Below are positions 21,336-31,321 of a stretch of 64,000 nt of DNA, piece after piece. Below the pieces are notes generated by a model, which was given only the letters and a program-made list of their open reading frames with translations, did not search any database and had not been told where the DNA came from. The translations under genes and the position numbers were made by a program. Position 1 is the stretch's first letter; every line of letters begins with the position of its first letter. The stretch covers positions 1,952,001 to 2,016,000 of the forward strand of contig CAXXNF010000002.1 in the NCBI GenBank assembly GCA_963666365.2, read 5' to 3'. This stretch comes from Syntrophales bacterium (lineage in GTDB: Bacteria; Desulfobacterota; Syntrophia; Syntrophales; UBA2210).

Positions 21336-23644
21336 ATGAAAGAACAGCACCATACCATCCTCGATCTGATCGGAAACACGCCCCTTGTGCAGATCAATGC
21401 ATTGAATCCCTATGTACAGGTCAAAATCTATGCAAAACTGGAAGGCGCCAATCCGGGAGGTTCCATAAAAGATCGTACCGCCCTCTATATGATTGAACGG
21501 GCCGAGGAGCGAGGCGTTCTCACAAAAGGCAAGGTCATAATCGAGGCAACCAGCGGCAACACGGGCATCGGACTGGCCATGGTGGCCGCAGCGAAAGGAT
21601 ACCGCCTGATTCTCGCCATGTCGGAGGCGGCAAGTGAGGAACGTAAAAAAATCCTCAGGGCCATGGGCGCCGAGCTTCTCTTCACGCCGGCACATCTGGG
21701 AACCGACGGCGCGATCGAAAAGATCTACGAGATGCTCCGCCGGTTTCCCGATAAATACTTCATGCCCGATCAGTTCAACAGTCCCGACAACGTTATGGCC
21801 CATTATTACGGCACGGCGAAGAAATATGGCGGCAAACGGAAGGAACCGTGACCTCGGTGATTGCCACATTGGGAACATCGGGCACTGCAATGGGACTTGC
21901 CAAAAGGCTCAAGGAATTAAACAGTTCGGTCAGAATCATTGGCGTGGAACCCTATCTCCGGCATAAGATACAGGGACTCAAAAATATGAAGGAGTCCTAT
22001 CGCCCCGGCATCTTTGAAAGAAACCTTCTGGACGAAAAGATACACATTGCCGATGAAGACGCCTTTGAAACGGCAAGAAAACTGGCGAGGACGGAAGGAC
22101 TTCTGGTCGGCATGAGTTCCGGCGCTGCCATGCACGTCGCCCTGGAACAGGCCGAGAAGATGCAGGAAGGGGTGATTGTCGCTATTTTCCCGGACCGCGG
22201 TGATCGTTATCTGAGCACGGAGCTCTTTTCCGACAAAGAAGAAACCTCACTTCAGATATACAACACAATGAATCGGACGAAGGAATCATTCAGACCCATC
22301 AGTCAGAAGCGTGTACTGATGCACTCCTGCGGTCCCTCCGTGCACGATGTTCCCCACATAGGCACCTACAGGCGGTTCATCGTGGCCGATGTGATCATGC
22401 GATATTTGAAACAGAAGGGCTTTCAGGTACTTCATGAAGTCAATATCATCGACATGGCCGACCGGTCAATAAAAGGCGCCGAACAGGCAGGCATCCCCAT
22501 TGAAGGATACACAAAGCAATATATTCAGGCTTTTTTCGATGATGTCGTCACGCTTAATATCAGCAGTGACATACTGTACCCCAAGGCAAGCGAAAATGTG
22601 GACTCGATGATCACCCTGGCCGAACAGCTGGTGGAAAAGGGGTTCGCCTACGAGAAACTGAGGTCCGTATATTTTGATATATCCAGGCTTGACGACTACG
22701 GGCTTCTTTCCAATATCGATCTTGGCCGCGTCCGCCACAGGCACACAATCGACCAGGATGAGTACGAAAAAGACAGCCCCGTTGACTTCACCCTGCTCAA
22801 GCGATCGACGCTGGCGGAGCTGAAAAAAGGCATCTATTGCAAGACGAAGTGGGGGAATGTCCGCCCCAGCTGGCATCTTGAATGCGCGGCCACTGCCCGC
22901 AAATATCTCGCCGATACGTTCGATATATTCGTATCCGGAGCCGATATCATATTCCCCCACTGCGAAAACGTGATGGCCATCGGGAAAGCAGCCACCGGAA
23001 AAATCCCGGCGACATATTGGATGCATGCGGAAATCGTAATGCGCCAAGGAAAGAAAATGTCCCGTTCTCTCGACAACACCTTTACGATCGGCGATCTTAT
23101 CGAAAAAGGGTATTCAGGAAAAGACCTCCGATATTTTCTCCTCAGTTCGCATTACCGGAAACCGCTCAATTTTTCTTTCGGCGCCCTCGACACGTCAAGA
23201 AATACGGTGCGAAGGCTCAATAATTTTATTCAGAAACTTATCCGCGCCGTCCCCGGAAAAGAACAGGCCGAACTGGATCAGCATGTATATGACGTCAGAA
23301 AGGCCTTTTCCGAAGCAATGGACGACGATTTTAACATCTCCGGCGCCCTTGCGGCGATATTCACTTTTGTCAAGACCATCCATTCGCTGCTTTCGGAACA
23401 ACGGCTTTCAAGAAACCAGATCGAGACGGTGATAGAAGTGCTGAAGAAAATCGACGATGCACTGGGCATCATGGATTTTCAGGAATCGACCCTCGAAAAA
23501 GACATTCGGGATCTGCTGAAACAGCGTGAAGGCGCACGAAAAGAGGCACGCTGGGAGGAAGCGGACCGAATTCGCCGGGAGCTGGCGGAAAGAGGGGTCA
23601 GACTTCAGGACACGCCTGAGGGAACCTTCTGGAGCATGGAGTGA
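21336..23644 (+). pseudogene. Cysteine synthase (CysK/CysM-type) fused to cysteine--tRNA ligase, interrupted by a 1-nt frameshift near 21819
   Basis: N part has KLEGANPGGSIKDR and EATSGNTG. Restoring one base gives AHYYGTA-EEIWRQTEGTVTSVIATLGTSGT. The synthase C-terminus (GMSSGA, PDRGDRYLST) then runs in-frame into CysRS (CGPSV, HIGT, WHLEC, KMSRS, DDFN). Confidence 0.85.
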
Positions 23645-23774
23645 ACAATCACTGTAATGATGGGGCTGAGGGTTCAATTGAACCGGCCTTTGGTGCATAT
23701 AGGCTTCCCCGAGCTGCCGTAAAAGGCATAATGTGTTTTGGCGGCTGCACGTACCAGGAGAGGAGAAACATATC

Positions 23775-24167
23775 ATGAAGCTTAGCGAGTACTTTGAAAC
23801 GGCGGAAGGCCTCGGCATTCTTTCAACAGCCGATTCATCGGGCAGGGTCAACTCAGCCGTGTACGGAAGGCCCCATGTCATCGATGAAGAAACAGTTGCC
23901 TTCATTATGGCCGAGCGCCTGACCTATTCCAATCTTCAGTCAAATCCCTCCGCCCTCTATCTTTTCAAAGAAGCGGGAGAGCACTACCTGGGGAAAAGAC
24001 TCTATCTGACCAAGACAAAAGAAATCAGTGATCAAAATATGATCGATGAGATCAGAAGAAGGCCGCATTATCGGCATGATTACAAGAAAGACCCGGGCGA
24101 CCAGAAGCATCTCGTCTATTTCCATATCGATCAAGCGCTTCCGCTGGTGGGAAGCGCTGCTCTCTGA
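23775..24167 (+). CDS. Pyridoxamine 5'-phosphate oxidase-like FMN-binding protein
   Basis: GILSTAD..G.VNSAVY.RPH and NLQSNP; GGAGAGGAG RBS. Confidence 0.75.
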   Translation: MKLSEYFETAEGLGILSTADSSGRVNSAVYGRPHVIDEETVAFIMAERLTYSNLQSNPSALYLFKEAGEHYLGKRLYLTKTKEISDQNMIDEIRRRPHYRHDYKKDPGDQKHLVYFHIDQALPLVGSAAL

Positions 24168-24172
24168 ACTGG

Positions 24173-25519
24173 ATGAATACAAAGAGAATTCGTACATTAC
24201 AGGAAGGTGCTGCGAAAAAGGGGCCGGTTCTTTACTGGATGAGCCGGGATCAGCGCGCATTCGACAACTGGGCGCTCGTCTTCGCGCAAGAAGAAGCAAT
24301 AAAGAAGAAAGAAGCACTTCTGGTTGTGTTCTGCCTGGTTCCCGAATTCCTCGATGCCGCATCACGGCAGTATGTGTTCATGCTCGAAGGGCTTCGCACT
24401 ATCCAGGGGACCTTGAGTGAGAAAGATATACCCTTTTGTCTTCTCAGGGGATCGCCACAGATTGAAATTCCCAAATTTATAGCAACTCATACAGTGGGGA
24501 CACTCATCACCGATTTCGACCCTCTGAAAATCAAGCGCCGGTGGAAAAAAGCAACCATGGGAAAAATTCAAATCCCCCTGTATGAAGTCGATGCCCACAA
24601 TATTGTTCCCTGCTGGTGCGCCTCATCGAAGCAGGAGTTTGCCGCCAGGACCTTTCGCCCCAAAATCACGAAGCTCCTTGCTGAGTTTCTCGATGCCTAT
24701 CCGCCCCTTCTTCGCCATCCCTTCCCCTGGCAAGAGAAGTCCTCCTCACCACAATGGAGTGAGATCGAAGGCCCCCTCGGACCCGGACAAGGCACATCAT
24801 CGGAGGAGTGGATCATTCCGGGAGAGCACGCGGCGCGGGCTGCACTGAAACACTTTATTGCCCGGGGTCTTGCCGTCTATGACGAAACACGGAACAATCC
24901 CACAAAAGCCGGCCAGTCGGGTCTTTCCCCTTTTCTTCACTTCGGGCACCTTTCCGCCCAGAGAACGGTTCTGGAGATAAAAAAGTCGCCTTTGGCTGAA
25001 TCGACAAAGGCGCCCTTTCTGGAAGAGCTGGTGGTGAGACGGGAACTTTCCGACAACTTCTGTTATTATAACGATCGCTACGACAGTGTCGAAGGATTCC
25101 CCGATTGGGCAATAAAGACGCTTCGGAACCACAGGGAAGATCGAAGGCCCTATGCCTATTCACTTTCACAGCTTGAAGGCGCCGGCACCCACGACGAGCT
25201 CTGGAACGCCGCTCAAATGGAAATGGTGAAAAAAGGAAAGATGCACGGATACATGCGCATGTACTGGGCAAAAAAAATTCTCGAATGGACGGGATCCCCC
25301 GAGGAAGCCTTCGAAATCGCCCTCTATCTCAATAATCGCTATGAACTTGACGGGCGTGATCCCAACGGCTATGCGGGATGCGCCTGGTCGATCGGTGGCG
25401 TCCATGACCGGGCCTGGTTCGAACGGCCCCTGTTCGGAAAAATCCGCTATATGAGTTATAACGGATGCAAATCGAAATTTAATGTCAATGACTACATCAG
25501 ACAAATCAAGGATCTGTAA
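24173..25519 (+). CDS. phr: Class II CPD photolyase
   Basis: YWMSRDQR.DNWAL, MHGYMRMYWAKKILEW, DGRDPNGY and FGKIRYM. Confidence 0.95.
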   Translation: MNTKRIRTLQEGAAKKGPVLYWMSRDQRAFDNWALVFAQEEAIKKKEALLVVFCLVPEFLDAASRQYVFMLEGLRTIQGTLSEKDIPFCLLRGSPQIEIPKFIATHTVGTLITDFDPLKIKRRWKKATMGKIQIPLYEVDAHNIVPCWCASSKQEFAARTFRPKITKLLAEFLDAYPPLLRHPFPWQEKSSSPQWSEIEGPLGPGQGTSSEEWIIPGEHAARAALKHFIARGLAVYDETRNNPTKAGQSGLSPFLHFGHLSAQRTVLEIKKSPLAESTKAPFLEELVVRRELSDNFCYYNDRYDSVEGFPDWAIKTLRNHREDRRPYAYSLSQLEGAGTHDELWNAAQMEMVKKGKMHGYMRMYWAKKILEWTGSPEEAFEIALYLNNRYELDGRDPNGYAGCAWSIGGVHDRAWFERPLFGKIRYMSYNGCKSKFNVNDYIRQIKDL

Positions 25520-25534
25520 AGGAAGGAACAGATA

Positions 25535-26152
25535 ATGAGCAAAAAGGACAGAAAAATAATTCTGATTGCCCAGTGCCTCGTCAACCCTTACTGCAGGGTG
25601 CATCTTCTGGGCCAGAATTTCCCCCTCTCCCATGAATTGATGGACTATCTTATGGACAGACGGGTCGGCGTCATTCAATATCCCTGCCCCGAGACAACGG
25701 CCATGGGTCTCATGCGCAATCCCCAGGGCCGCCAGCAGTACGACAATATTTTTTTTCGCAGGCACTGCAAGGAACTTCTCTCCATTCCGATTCTCATGAT
25801 TAAGGAATTCCTTTCACAAAACTACCGGCTCACGTGCTTCATCGGTCTGGAAAACAGTCCCACCTGCGGAATCCACTGGGGGAAACACAAGGTTAATCGG
25901 TACCAGACGGAATCGCCGAATCCTGTGGAAACGCCCGATTCGAGGGACCCCGTGCTGATGGGAATCATGGCGGAAATTCTATCGGAAGAACTCTCACAGG
26001 AAGGCATACTGGTCCCATTCCTGGAATTTCCGACAAAAGAGCCGCCCGATTCGCCCAAACGAAAGGCCTTCTGGGACGATCTGAAGAGAACCGTGGAGCC
26101 TCATCTCTTTTCATCAGCCGAGACGACATCGAACGACACTGAAGAAGAATAA
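25535..26152 (+). CDS. TudS/DUF523-related putative [4Fe-4S] thiobase desulfidase
   Basis: Three-Cys pattern AQCLVN, YPCPE and NSPTCG. Confidence 0.7.
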   Translation: MSKKDRKIILIAQCLVNPYCRVHLLGQNFPLSHELMDYLMDRRVGVIQYPCPETTAMGLMRNPQGRQQYDNIFFRRHCKELLSIPILMIKEFLSQNYRLTCFIGLENSPTCGIHWGKHKVNRYQTESPNPVETPDSRDPVLMGIMAEILSEELSQEGILVPFLEFPTKEPPDSPKRKAFWDDLKRTVEPHLFSSAETTSNDTEEE

Positions 26153-26156
26153 CAGC

Positions 26157-27020
26157 GTGACAATGGTTGACAGAACAGATCCAATCCACCGCAGGATATC
26201 GGACTTTCAAACAAGAGTGTACGATCATTACGAAAGGGAGGGCCGTGACCTTCCCTGGAGAAAAACCACCGACCCTTACAAAATCCTTGTCTCGGAGGTG
26301 ATGCTTCAGCAGTCCCAGGTATCCCGCGTCGTTGAAAAATATCAGATGTTTATCCGTCTTTTTCCCGATCCCGAAAGCCTCGCACATGCACCCCTCCATA
26401 ACATCCTCTCCGCTTGGCAGGGAATGGGCTATAATCGCCGCGCCCTTTCACTGAAAAAATCGGCTCAGCGGATCAGGGAATTCCATAGCGGCATGGTGCC
26501 CGAGGATGAAGAATCGCTCCTTTCGCTTCCGGGAATCGGTGTAGCAACGGCGAGGGCAATTCAGGCTTTCGCCTTTAACAAGCCGGTTATTCTGATCGAA
26601 ACCAACATCAGGGCGGTATTTATTCATCATTTTTTTCCCGAACACACCAAAGTTCCCGATTCCGCAATTTACCCGCTTGTCGCACGTACGCTCGACACCA
26701 CGGATCCTCGAAAATGGTACAACGCATTGATGGATTACGGGGTCCATCTGAAAAAGATGTACGGCAACCCTGCACGTCTCAGCGCTCACTATCGACGGCA
26801 GGCGCCCTTCAAAGGATCGATTCGCCAGGTGAGAGGCGCAATCCTGCGCGGCATTCTCGAAAAGAAGACGATATCAGAAAGCGACCTTATGGAAACGCTT
26901 TCCCTCGAATCGGATCAATTGAGCCATATTCTCAAAACACTCGAAGCGGAAGGACTAATTGTCAATCGAGGCGGTCTTATTTCCATTGCACACAGATCAG
27001 CTCGACGAATCACGCCTTAA
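26157..27020 (+). CDS. MutY-like HhH-GPD glycosylase lacking the [4Fe-4S] motif
   Basis: RDLPWR, PYKILVSEVMLQQ, WQGMGYNRRA, LPGIG and ALMDYG; the protein has no cysteines. Confidence 0.85.
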   Translation: MTMVDRTDPIHRRISDFQTRVYDHYEREGRDLPWRKTTDPYKILVSEVMLQQSQVSRVVEKYQMFIRLFPDPESLAHAPLHNILSAWQGMGYNRRALSLKKSAQRIREFHSGMVPEDEESLLSLPGIGVATARAIQAFAFNKPVILIETNIRAVFIHHFFPEHTKVPDSAIYPLVARTLDTTDPRKWYNALMDYGVHLKKMYGNPARLSAHYRRQAPFKGSIRQVRGAILRGILEKKTISESDLMETLSLESDQLSHILKTLEAEGLIVNRGGLISIAHRSARRITP

Positions 27021-27079
27021 CGCTGGCTTTTTTATAGTCTACATCCCGGAATGTATACTTTGTAAAAGGAGTTTTCCCT

Positions 27080-27682
27080 ATGATTTCAAGAATTGATCAT
27101 GTTTCAATTGCAGTGAAGGATTACGAAAAGGCATCCAGGTTTTTTCAGGTACTTCTCGGCGCCATACCCGGCGCCCATGAAGAGGATCCATCGATGCAGT
27201 ATCTTTGGCAGATCTTTTCTCTGGGTGATCTTTCCCGTCTGGAACTCATGAAAATGACGGGGGAAAATAGTTTCCTCAAAAATTTCCTTGCCGGCAGGGA
27301 AGAAGGGGGCGTCCACCACATCACCCTTGAAACGCCGGACATCGAAAAGGCGCGCCGTACCCTGGAGGAACATGATATCCCCTATTTTGGATTCAGGAAA
27401 CTGGGTGAACGATGGAAAGAACTATTCATTCACCCAAAGAACGCCTTCGGCGTGCTCATCCAGATCGCCGAGTTCAATCCCGACGACTGGCTTGCGCACG
27501 CGGTTAAATTTCCCGGGGACCGGCGTTTTACGGTCACAAAGAATGGCCCTGGGTGTGCACTGACGTTTGCACATCCCGGGGGCGGCAAGGTGTCCTTTAA
27601 GCTCTCCCGGGAGGAAGCTCATCGTCTGATTGACGATCTCAGGAAGACGTTTGACGAGAGCGTCTCCGTGAAGGAAAAATAG
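27080..27682 (+). CDS. VOC family protein (methylmalonyl-CoA epimerase-like) with a C-terminal extension
   Basis: IDHVSIAV, GGVHHI and FIHPKNAFGVLIQ. Confidence 0.75.
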   Translation: MISRIDHVSIAVKDYEKASRFFQVLLGAIPGAHEEDPSMQYLWQIFSLGDLSRLELMKMTGENSFLKNFLAGREEGGVHHITLETPDIEKARRTLEEHDIPYFGFRKLGERWKELFIHPKNAFGVLIQIAEFNPDDWLAHAVKFPGDRRFTVTKNGPGCALTFAHPGGGKVSFKLSREEAHRLIDDLRKTFDESVSVKEK

Positions 27683-27691
27683 CTCCGGTTC

Positions 27692-28822
27692 ATGGCTGAT
27701 TTCAGTTTCGACATAACGGTAATCGGTGCGGGGGTTGTCGGGCTTGCCGTCGCGGAAGCTCTTTCGGCCCGTTATAGAAACATCCTCCTGATTGAGAAAC
27801 ACCACTCTTTCGGCATGGAAACGAGCAGCCGCAACAGCGAGGTCATTCATGCCGGAATCTACTATCCGATCGATTCGCTCAAGGCGCGATTTTGTCGAGA
27901 GGGAAACCGGCGTCTTTATGAGTTCTGCACTGCCCGCACCATCGGCCACCGAAGGACAGGAAAGCTTATCGTCGCCGTAAGCGAAGATGAAATCGAATCT
28001 CTTGAAGCACTTCGCATCCAGGCCGCCGAAAACGGCGTTTCCGATCTTTGCTTTCTCGACAGCCGGGAAATTGCGCGTTCAGAACCTGAAATCAGCGTCA
28101 AAGAAGCCCTTTTTTCACCTTCCACAGGCATTATCGATTCCCACGCCCTGATGCGCTCCTTTCTTGCCCGCGCCGAATCACAGGGCACAACCGTTGCCTT
28201 CAATACGGAGATGACCGCCATCGATTTCGATGGAAGTGCCTACGAAATTCAAACGAACGGTGGAGAGTTCCGTTTTAAAACGGGCATCCTGATCAACAGC
28301 GCCGGGCTCTCGGCCGACAGAATCGCCGCAATGGCCGGCATCGACATTGATGGAGCGGGATACCGGCTGAAATATTGCAAGGGCAACTATTTCACCGTTT
28401 CACCAGCCCCGAAGCTTCATCACCTGATCTACCCCGTTCCCACCGGCGACAGAGAGGGGCTCGGCATTCACGCGACGCTCGATCTCGGAGGACGAGTCCG
28501 CTTCGGACCCGATACCGAGTACATCATGGATATTGACTACGCCGTTCATGAAGAAAAAAAAGACGCCTTTTATCAATCCATCCGCCGGTATCTGCCGGGA
28601 ATCACAGCAGAGCTTCTGACTCCCGATATGAGCGGAATACGACCGAAGCTCCAGGGGCCCGGCGAGCCATACAGAGATTTTATCATCCAAGAGGAACGCC
28701 ATAAGGGCTACCCCGGTCTTATCACTCTTAACGGAATCGAATCTCCCGGACTTACCGCCTCGATTCCCATTGCGGAATATGTAGTGTCTCTGGTTGAAAA
28801 ATTCCTTGATTATGGCCGGTAA
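27692..28822 (+). CDS. FAD-dependent oxidoreductase (L-2-hydroxyglutarate dehydrogenase-like)
   Basis: IGAGVVGLA, ETSSRNSEVIHAG, GIRPKL and GIESPGLTAS. Confidence 0.85.
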   Translation: MADFSFDITVIGAGVVGLAVAEALSARYRNILLIEKHHSFGMETSSRNSEVIHAGIYYPIDSLKARFCREGNRRLYEFCTARTIGHRRTGKLIVAVSEDEIESLEALRIQAAENGVSDLCFLDSREIARSEPEISVKEALFSPSTGIIDSHALMRSFLARAESQGTTVAFNTEMTAIDFDGSAYEIQTNGGEFRFKTGILINSAGLSADRIAAMAGIDIDGAGYRLKYCKGNYFTVSPAPKLHHLIYPVPTGDREGLGIHATLDLGGRVRFGPDTEYIMDIDYAVHEEKKDAFYQSIRRYLPGITAELLTPDMSGIRPKLQGPGEPYRDFIIQEERHKGYPGLITLNGIESPGLTASIPIAEYVVSLVEKFLDYGR

Positions 28823-28851
28823 GACACGCATATCGACAGCGTTTTCCTGTA

Positions 28852-29925
28852 TCAATGGTTCTCATGATTATTACCGCTTCCATCGATTGTCACTGTCTCC
28901 CCATGCATCAGCACCATAAATTCGTCATCGGGAACTCCGGCAGTCTCCTTTGCCTTGGCCAGTCGCTTCGGCGGTTCGTCGAGGGGTTCGTCGGTAAGGA
29001 TAAAGGTCCCCCAATGCGTGGCCACCGATTTCCTTGAACGGATATCTTTGTGGATACGAAGCGCTTCTTCCGGCGTCACATGCTGGTTCTTCATGAACCA
29101 CCGCGGCTCGTAGGCGCCTATGGGAAGCACCGAAAGATCGAACGGACCGTAAGTGCTGCCGATTTCCTTATAAAGGGGCGAATATCCCGTGTCTCCGAGA
29201 AAAAGCAATCGAACACCCTTCGTCTCGGCAATCCAGCCGGCCCAAAGGGTTCCGTTTGTAGAAAAAATCGTTCTTTTGCTCCAATGATGCATGGGTACAC
29301 AGACAATCCTGGTGTGATTATGTCGATACTCATCTCCCCAGTCCATTTCCACGATGCCCTTGATCCCCTGGTTTTCAAACCACTCCTTCAGGCCACAGGG
29401 CACGAAGAAAACCGTATTCTTACCGTTCGGCCGTGCGTCCAATCTCTCTATGGATCCCTTGTCCAGGTGATCGTAATGGTCATGTGAAATCAGCACAATA
29501 TCTATGGCAGGCAAATCGTCCAGAGATATTCCCGGTGGAGTCAGCCGCTTGGGTCCGATCCACTGAAACGGCGACGCTCTGTCCGAAAAGTGCGGATCCG
29601 TCAGGATATTCACTCCTCCCATCTGGATAAGAACGGTTGAATGGCCGATCCAGGTGATGGTGGTGTCCTTTCTGTTCGATCGCAGGTACGATGGATCGTT
29701 GGGGGCAAGGGGGAAATTATGGCTTTCCGGATCGGGCAGATTCAATGAGAGCCGGGTTACGCGCCATTTCAAAAAATCAATAAATCCAGGCTTCTTGAAG
29801 GCATAAACGTTCTCGTACTTCTCTTCTCTCAGGCGGCATTGAGATTGTCCATCACGAGGCAAGAAGAAGCAATTGATCGAAAAAGCAAGAAGCGGGACTA
29901 TCATGCTAACCAGTTTACAATTCAT
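28852..29925 (-). CDS. MBL-fold metallohydrolase (NAPE-PLD/RomA-like), probably exported
   Basis: TWIGHST, SHDHYDHLD, GDTGY, PIGAYEPRW and HWGTF. Confidence 0.85.
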   Translation of the reverse strand: MNCKLVSMIVPLLAFSINCFFLPRDGQSQCRLREEKYENVYAFKKPGFIDFLKWRVTRLSLNLPDPESHNFPLAPNDPSYLRSNRKDTTITWIGHSTVLIQMGGVNILTDPHFSDRASPFQWIGPKRLTPPGISLDDLPAIDIVLISHDHYDHLDKGSIERLDARPNGKNTVFFVPCGLKEWFENQGIKGIVEMDWGDEYRHNHTRIVCVPMHHWSKRTIFSTNGTLWAGWIAETKGVRLLFLGDTGYSPLYKEIGSTYGPFDLSVLPIGAYEPRWFMKNQHVTPEEALRIHKDIRSRKSVATHWGTFILTDEPLDEPPKRLAKAKETAGVPDDEFMVLMHGETVTIDGSGNNHENH

Positions 29926-29958
29926 GATCGCAAGGCGGTTTTAAAAATATCCTGCCTT

Positions 29959-30411
29959 TCATAATGTAGGAACGAATTCGTGTACCTTCTGAAACTTGCT
30001 TACCACCACGTACGACTGCACCGTTACTTTTATAAGGACTTGTGAAGGAGACATGAGAAATTCATCCAGATGGGGGTGTTTTGTCCGATAGAGATCGATG
30101 AGTGACTCCTTTTCATCCAGTTTCACCTCGCACGCCTTTCCAATAGCAGTCACGGCAATGGCTTCCCTGATATCCGATTCTCTGTTCGTTCTGCTGTCGA
30201 TAAGCAAGGCAACTTGAGAGTTTTTTTCAAGATTCGCATATTTCCGGGTCGATTGACTCGTGACAAACACGATATGTTTCAGATCCTCCGTAGCGGCAAA
30301 GGACATAAGACTCGTGTAAGGCTGGGATCCCTCCTGCGTTGCAAGAACGGCAAGCCGCTGGGTGTCGAACAACTCCTTCAGACGGGCCTTGACATCAGAA
30401 ACACTTTCCAT
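29959..30411 (-). CDS. Pyridoxamine 5'-phosphate oxidase-like FMN-binding protein
   Basis: LAVLAT...PYTSL, TRKYANL and ALLIDSR; GGAGG RBS before the ATG at 30411. Confidence 0.75.
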   Translation of the reverse strand: MESVSDVKARLKELFDTQRLAVLATQEGSQPYTSLMSFAATEDLKHIVFVTSQSTRKYANLEKNSQVALLIDSRTNRESDIREAIAVTAIGKACEVKLDEKESLIDLYRTKHPHLDEFLMSPSQVLIKVTVQSYVVVSKFQKVHEFVPTL

Positions 30412-30583
30412 TGAACACCTCCATATACCGATATCATGATCTGCTAAGGAGTGCACCTCAGCCAGGTATTCGATGCACTCCCTCAGTTTTTATACACTCC
30501 TTCCGGCTTGGTAATAAAAAAGTGCATACATTCTTATTCGCAAAAAAATTACGTCTGCTCCGTCCGGCAATCGAAAACCGACC

Positions 30584-31042
30584 CTACATCCACTGAGCAA
30601 AATGCTGTTCGTACTGTTCCTCCAGAATTTCCTTATGCCTGAGTTCCTCCTGGGCAAGTCCCGAAAAGAGCGCCTCCACGTTCGTTCCTCTATAATTTTC
30701 AAGAAGGCCGGCATACAGATCATAGGCGGAGCGTTCCATTTTCATCGCATACTGCATGACATCCTGGGGATCGCTCTGAGCATTGATAGGACTTGCAACC
30801 ATGTAGTCACTGAAACTGATTTCATTAATAGCCTTCTTCCCCCCGATCGAAGCTATATTTCCGCTATTCATAGCATTTTCAATGAGTTCTTTATGCTTCA
30901 GTTCCTGTGCTGCAAGTTCCTCGAGAAGTTTCTTTGCGGCCCTGTCTTTCACAATGTTCTGAAAGGCAGTGTACAGCGCATTCGCGCTTTTCTCTTTGTC
31001 AATGGCAAAGAGCATTGCATCTTCCAAAGACTCGAATCTCAT
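30584..31042 (-). CDS. Ferritin-like / rubrerythrin-domain diiron protein
   Basis: Two repeats, AIDKE...QELKH and AMKME...EELRH. Confidence 0.8.
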   Translation of the reverse strand: MRFESLEDAMLFAIDKEKSANALYTAFQNIVKDRAAKKLLEELAAQELKHKELIENAMNSGNIASIGGKKAINEISFSDYMVASPINAQSDPQDVMQYAMKMERSAYDLYAGLLENYRGTNVEALFSGLAQEELRHKEILEEQYEQHFAQWM

Positions 31043-31321
31043 TGTTCCCTCCTTCGCACAAATGTGAAATTTTAATCCTTTGCAACTAATTATTTATAAT
31101 AGCTGATATGTGGGGTTTTATCAATGAATCATAGTAAAAGTTCAAGCATTCGAGTGAGAGGCACTGCAACGGAGACAACCGTCCACAGACTGTAAAAACA
31201 CATAGGCCTTTAAACTTCAGGTGAATTTATGCCGGAAGAAAATGTGATTGCCTGGCTCTATTCAGAAAAGGACACTCGAACCCTTGGCCACTGGAACCCT
31301 CGCATCCGTGACCGCTGTGTT

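Noticed and set aside
30440..30490. GGAGTGCA/TGCACTCC hairpin upstream of the 29959-30411 gene as a riboswitch
   Set aside because: Only one stem and no riboswitch consensus that I can recognise
31080..31105. AT-rich ATTAT-N2-ATAAT site upstream of the ferritin-like gene as a Fur/PerR box
   Set aside because: Too short and AT-rich to distinguish from promoter background
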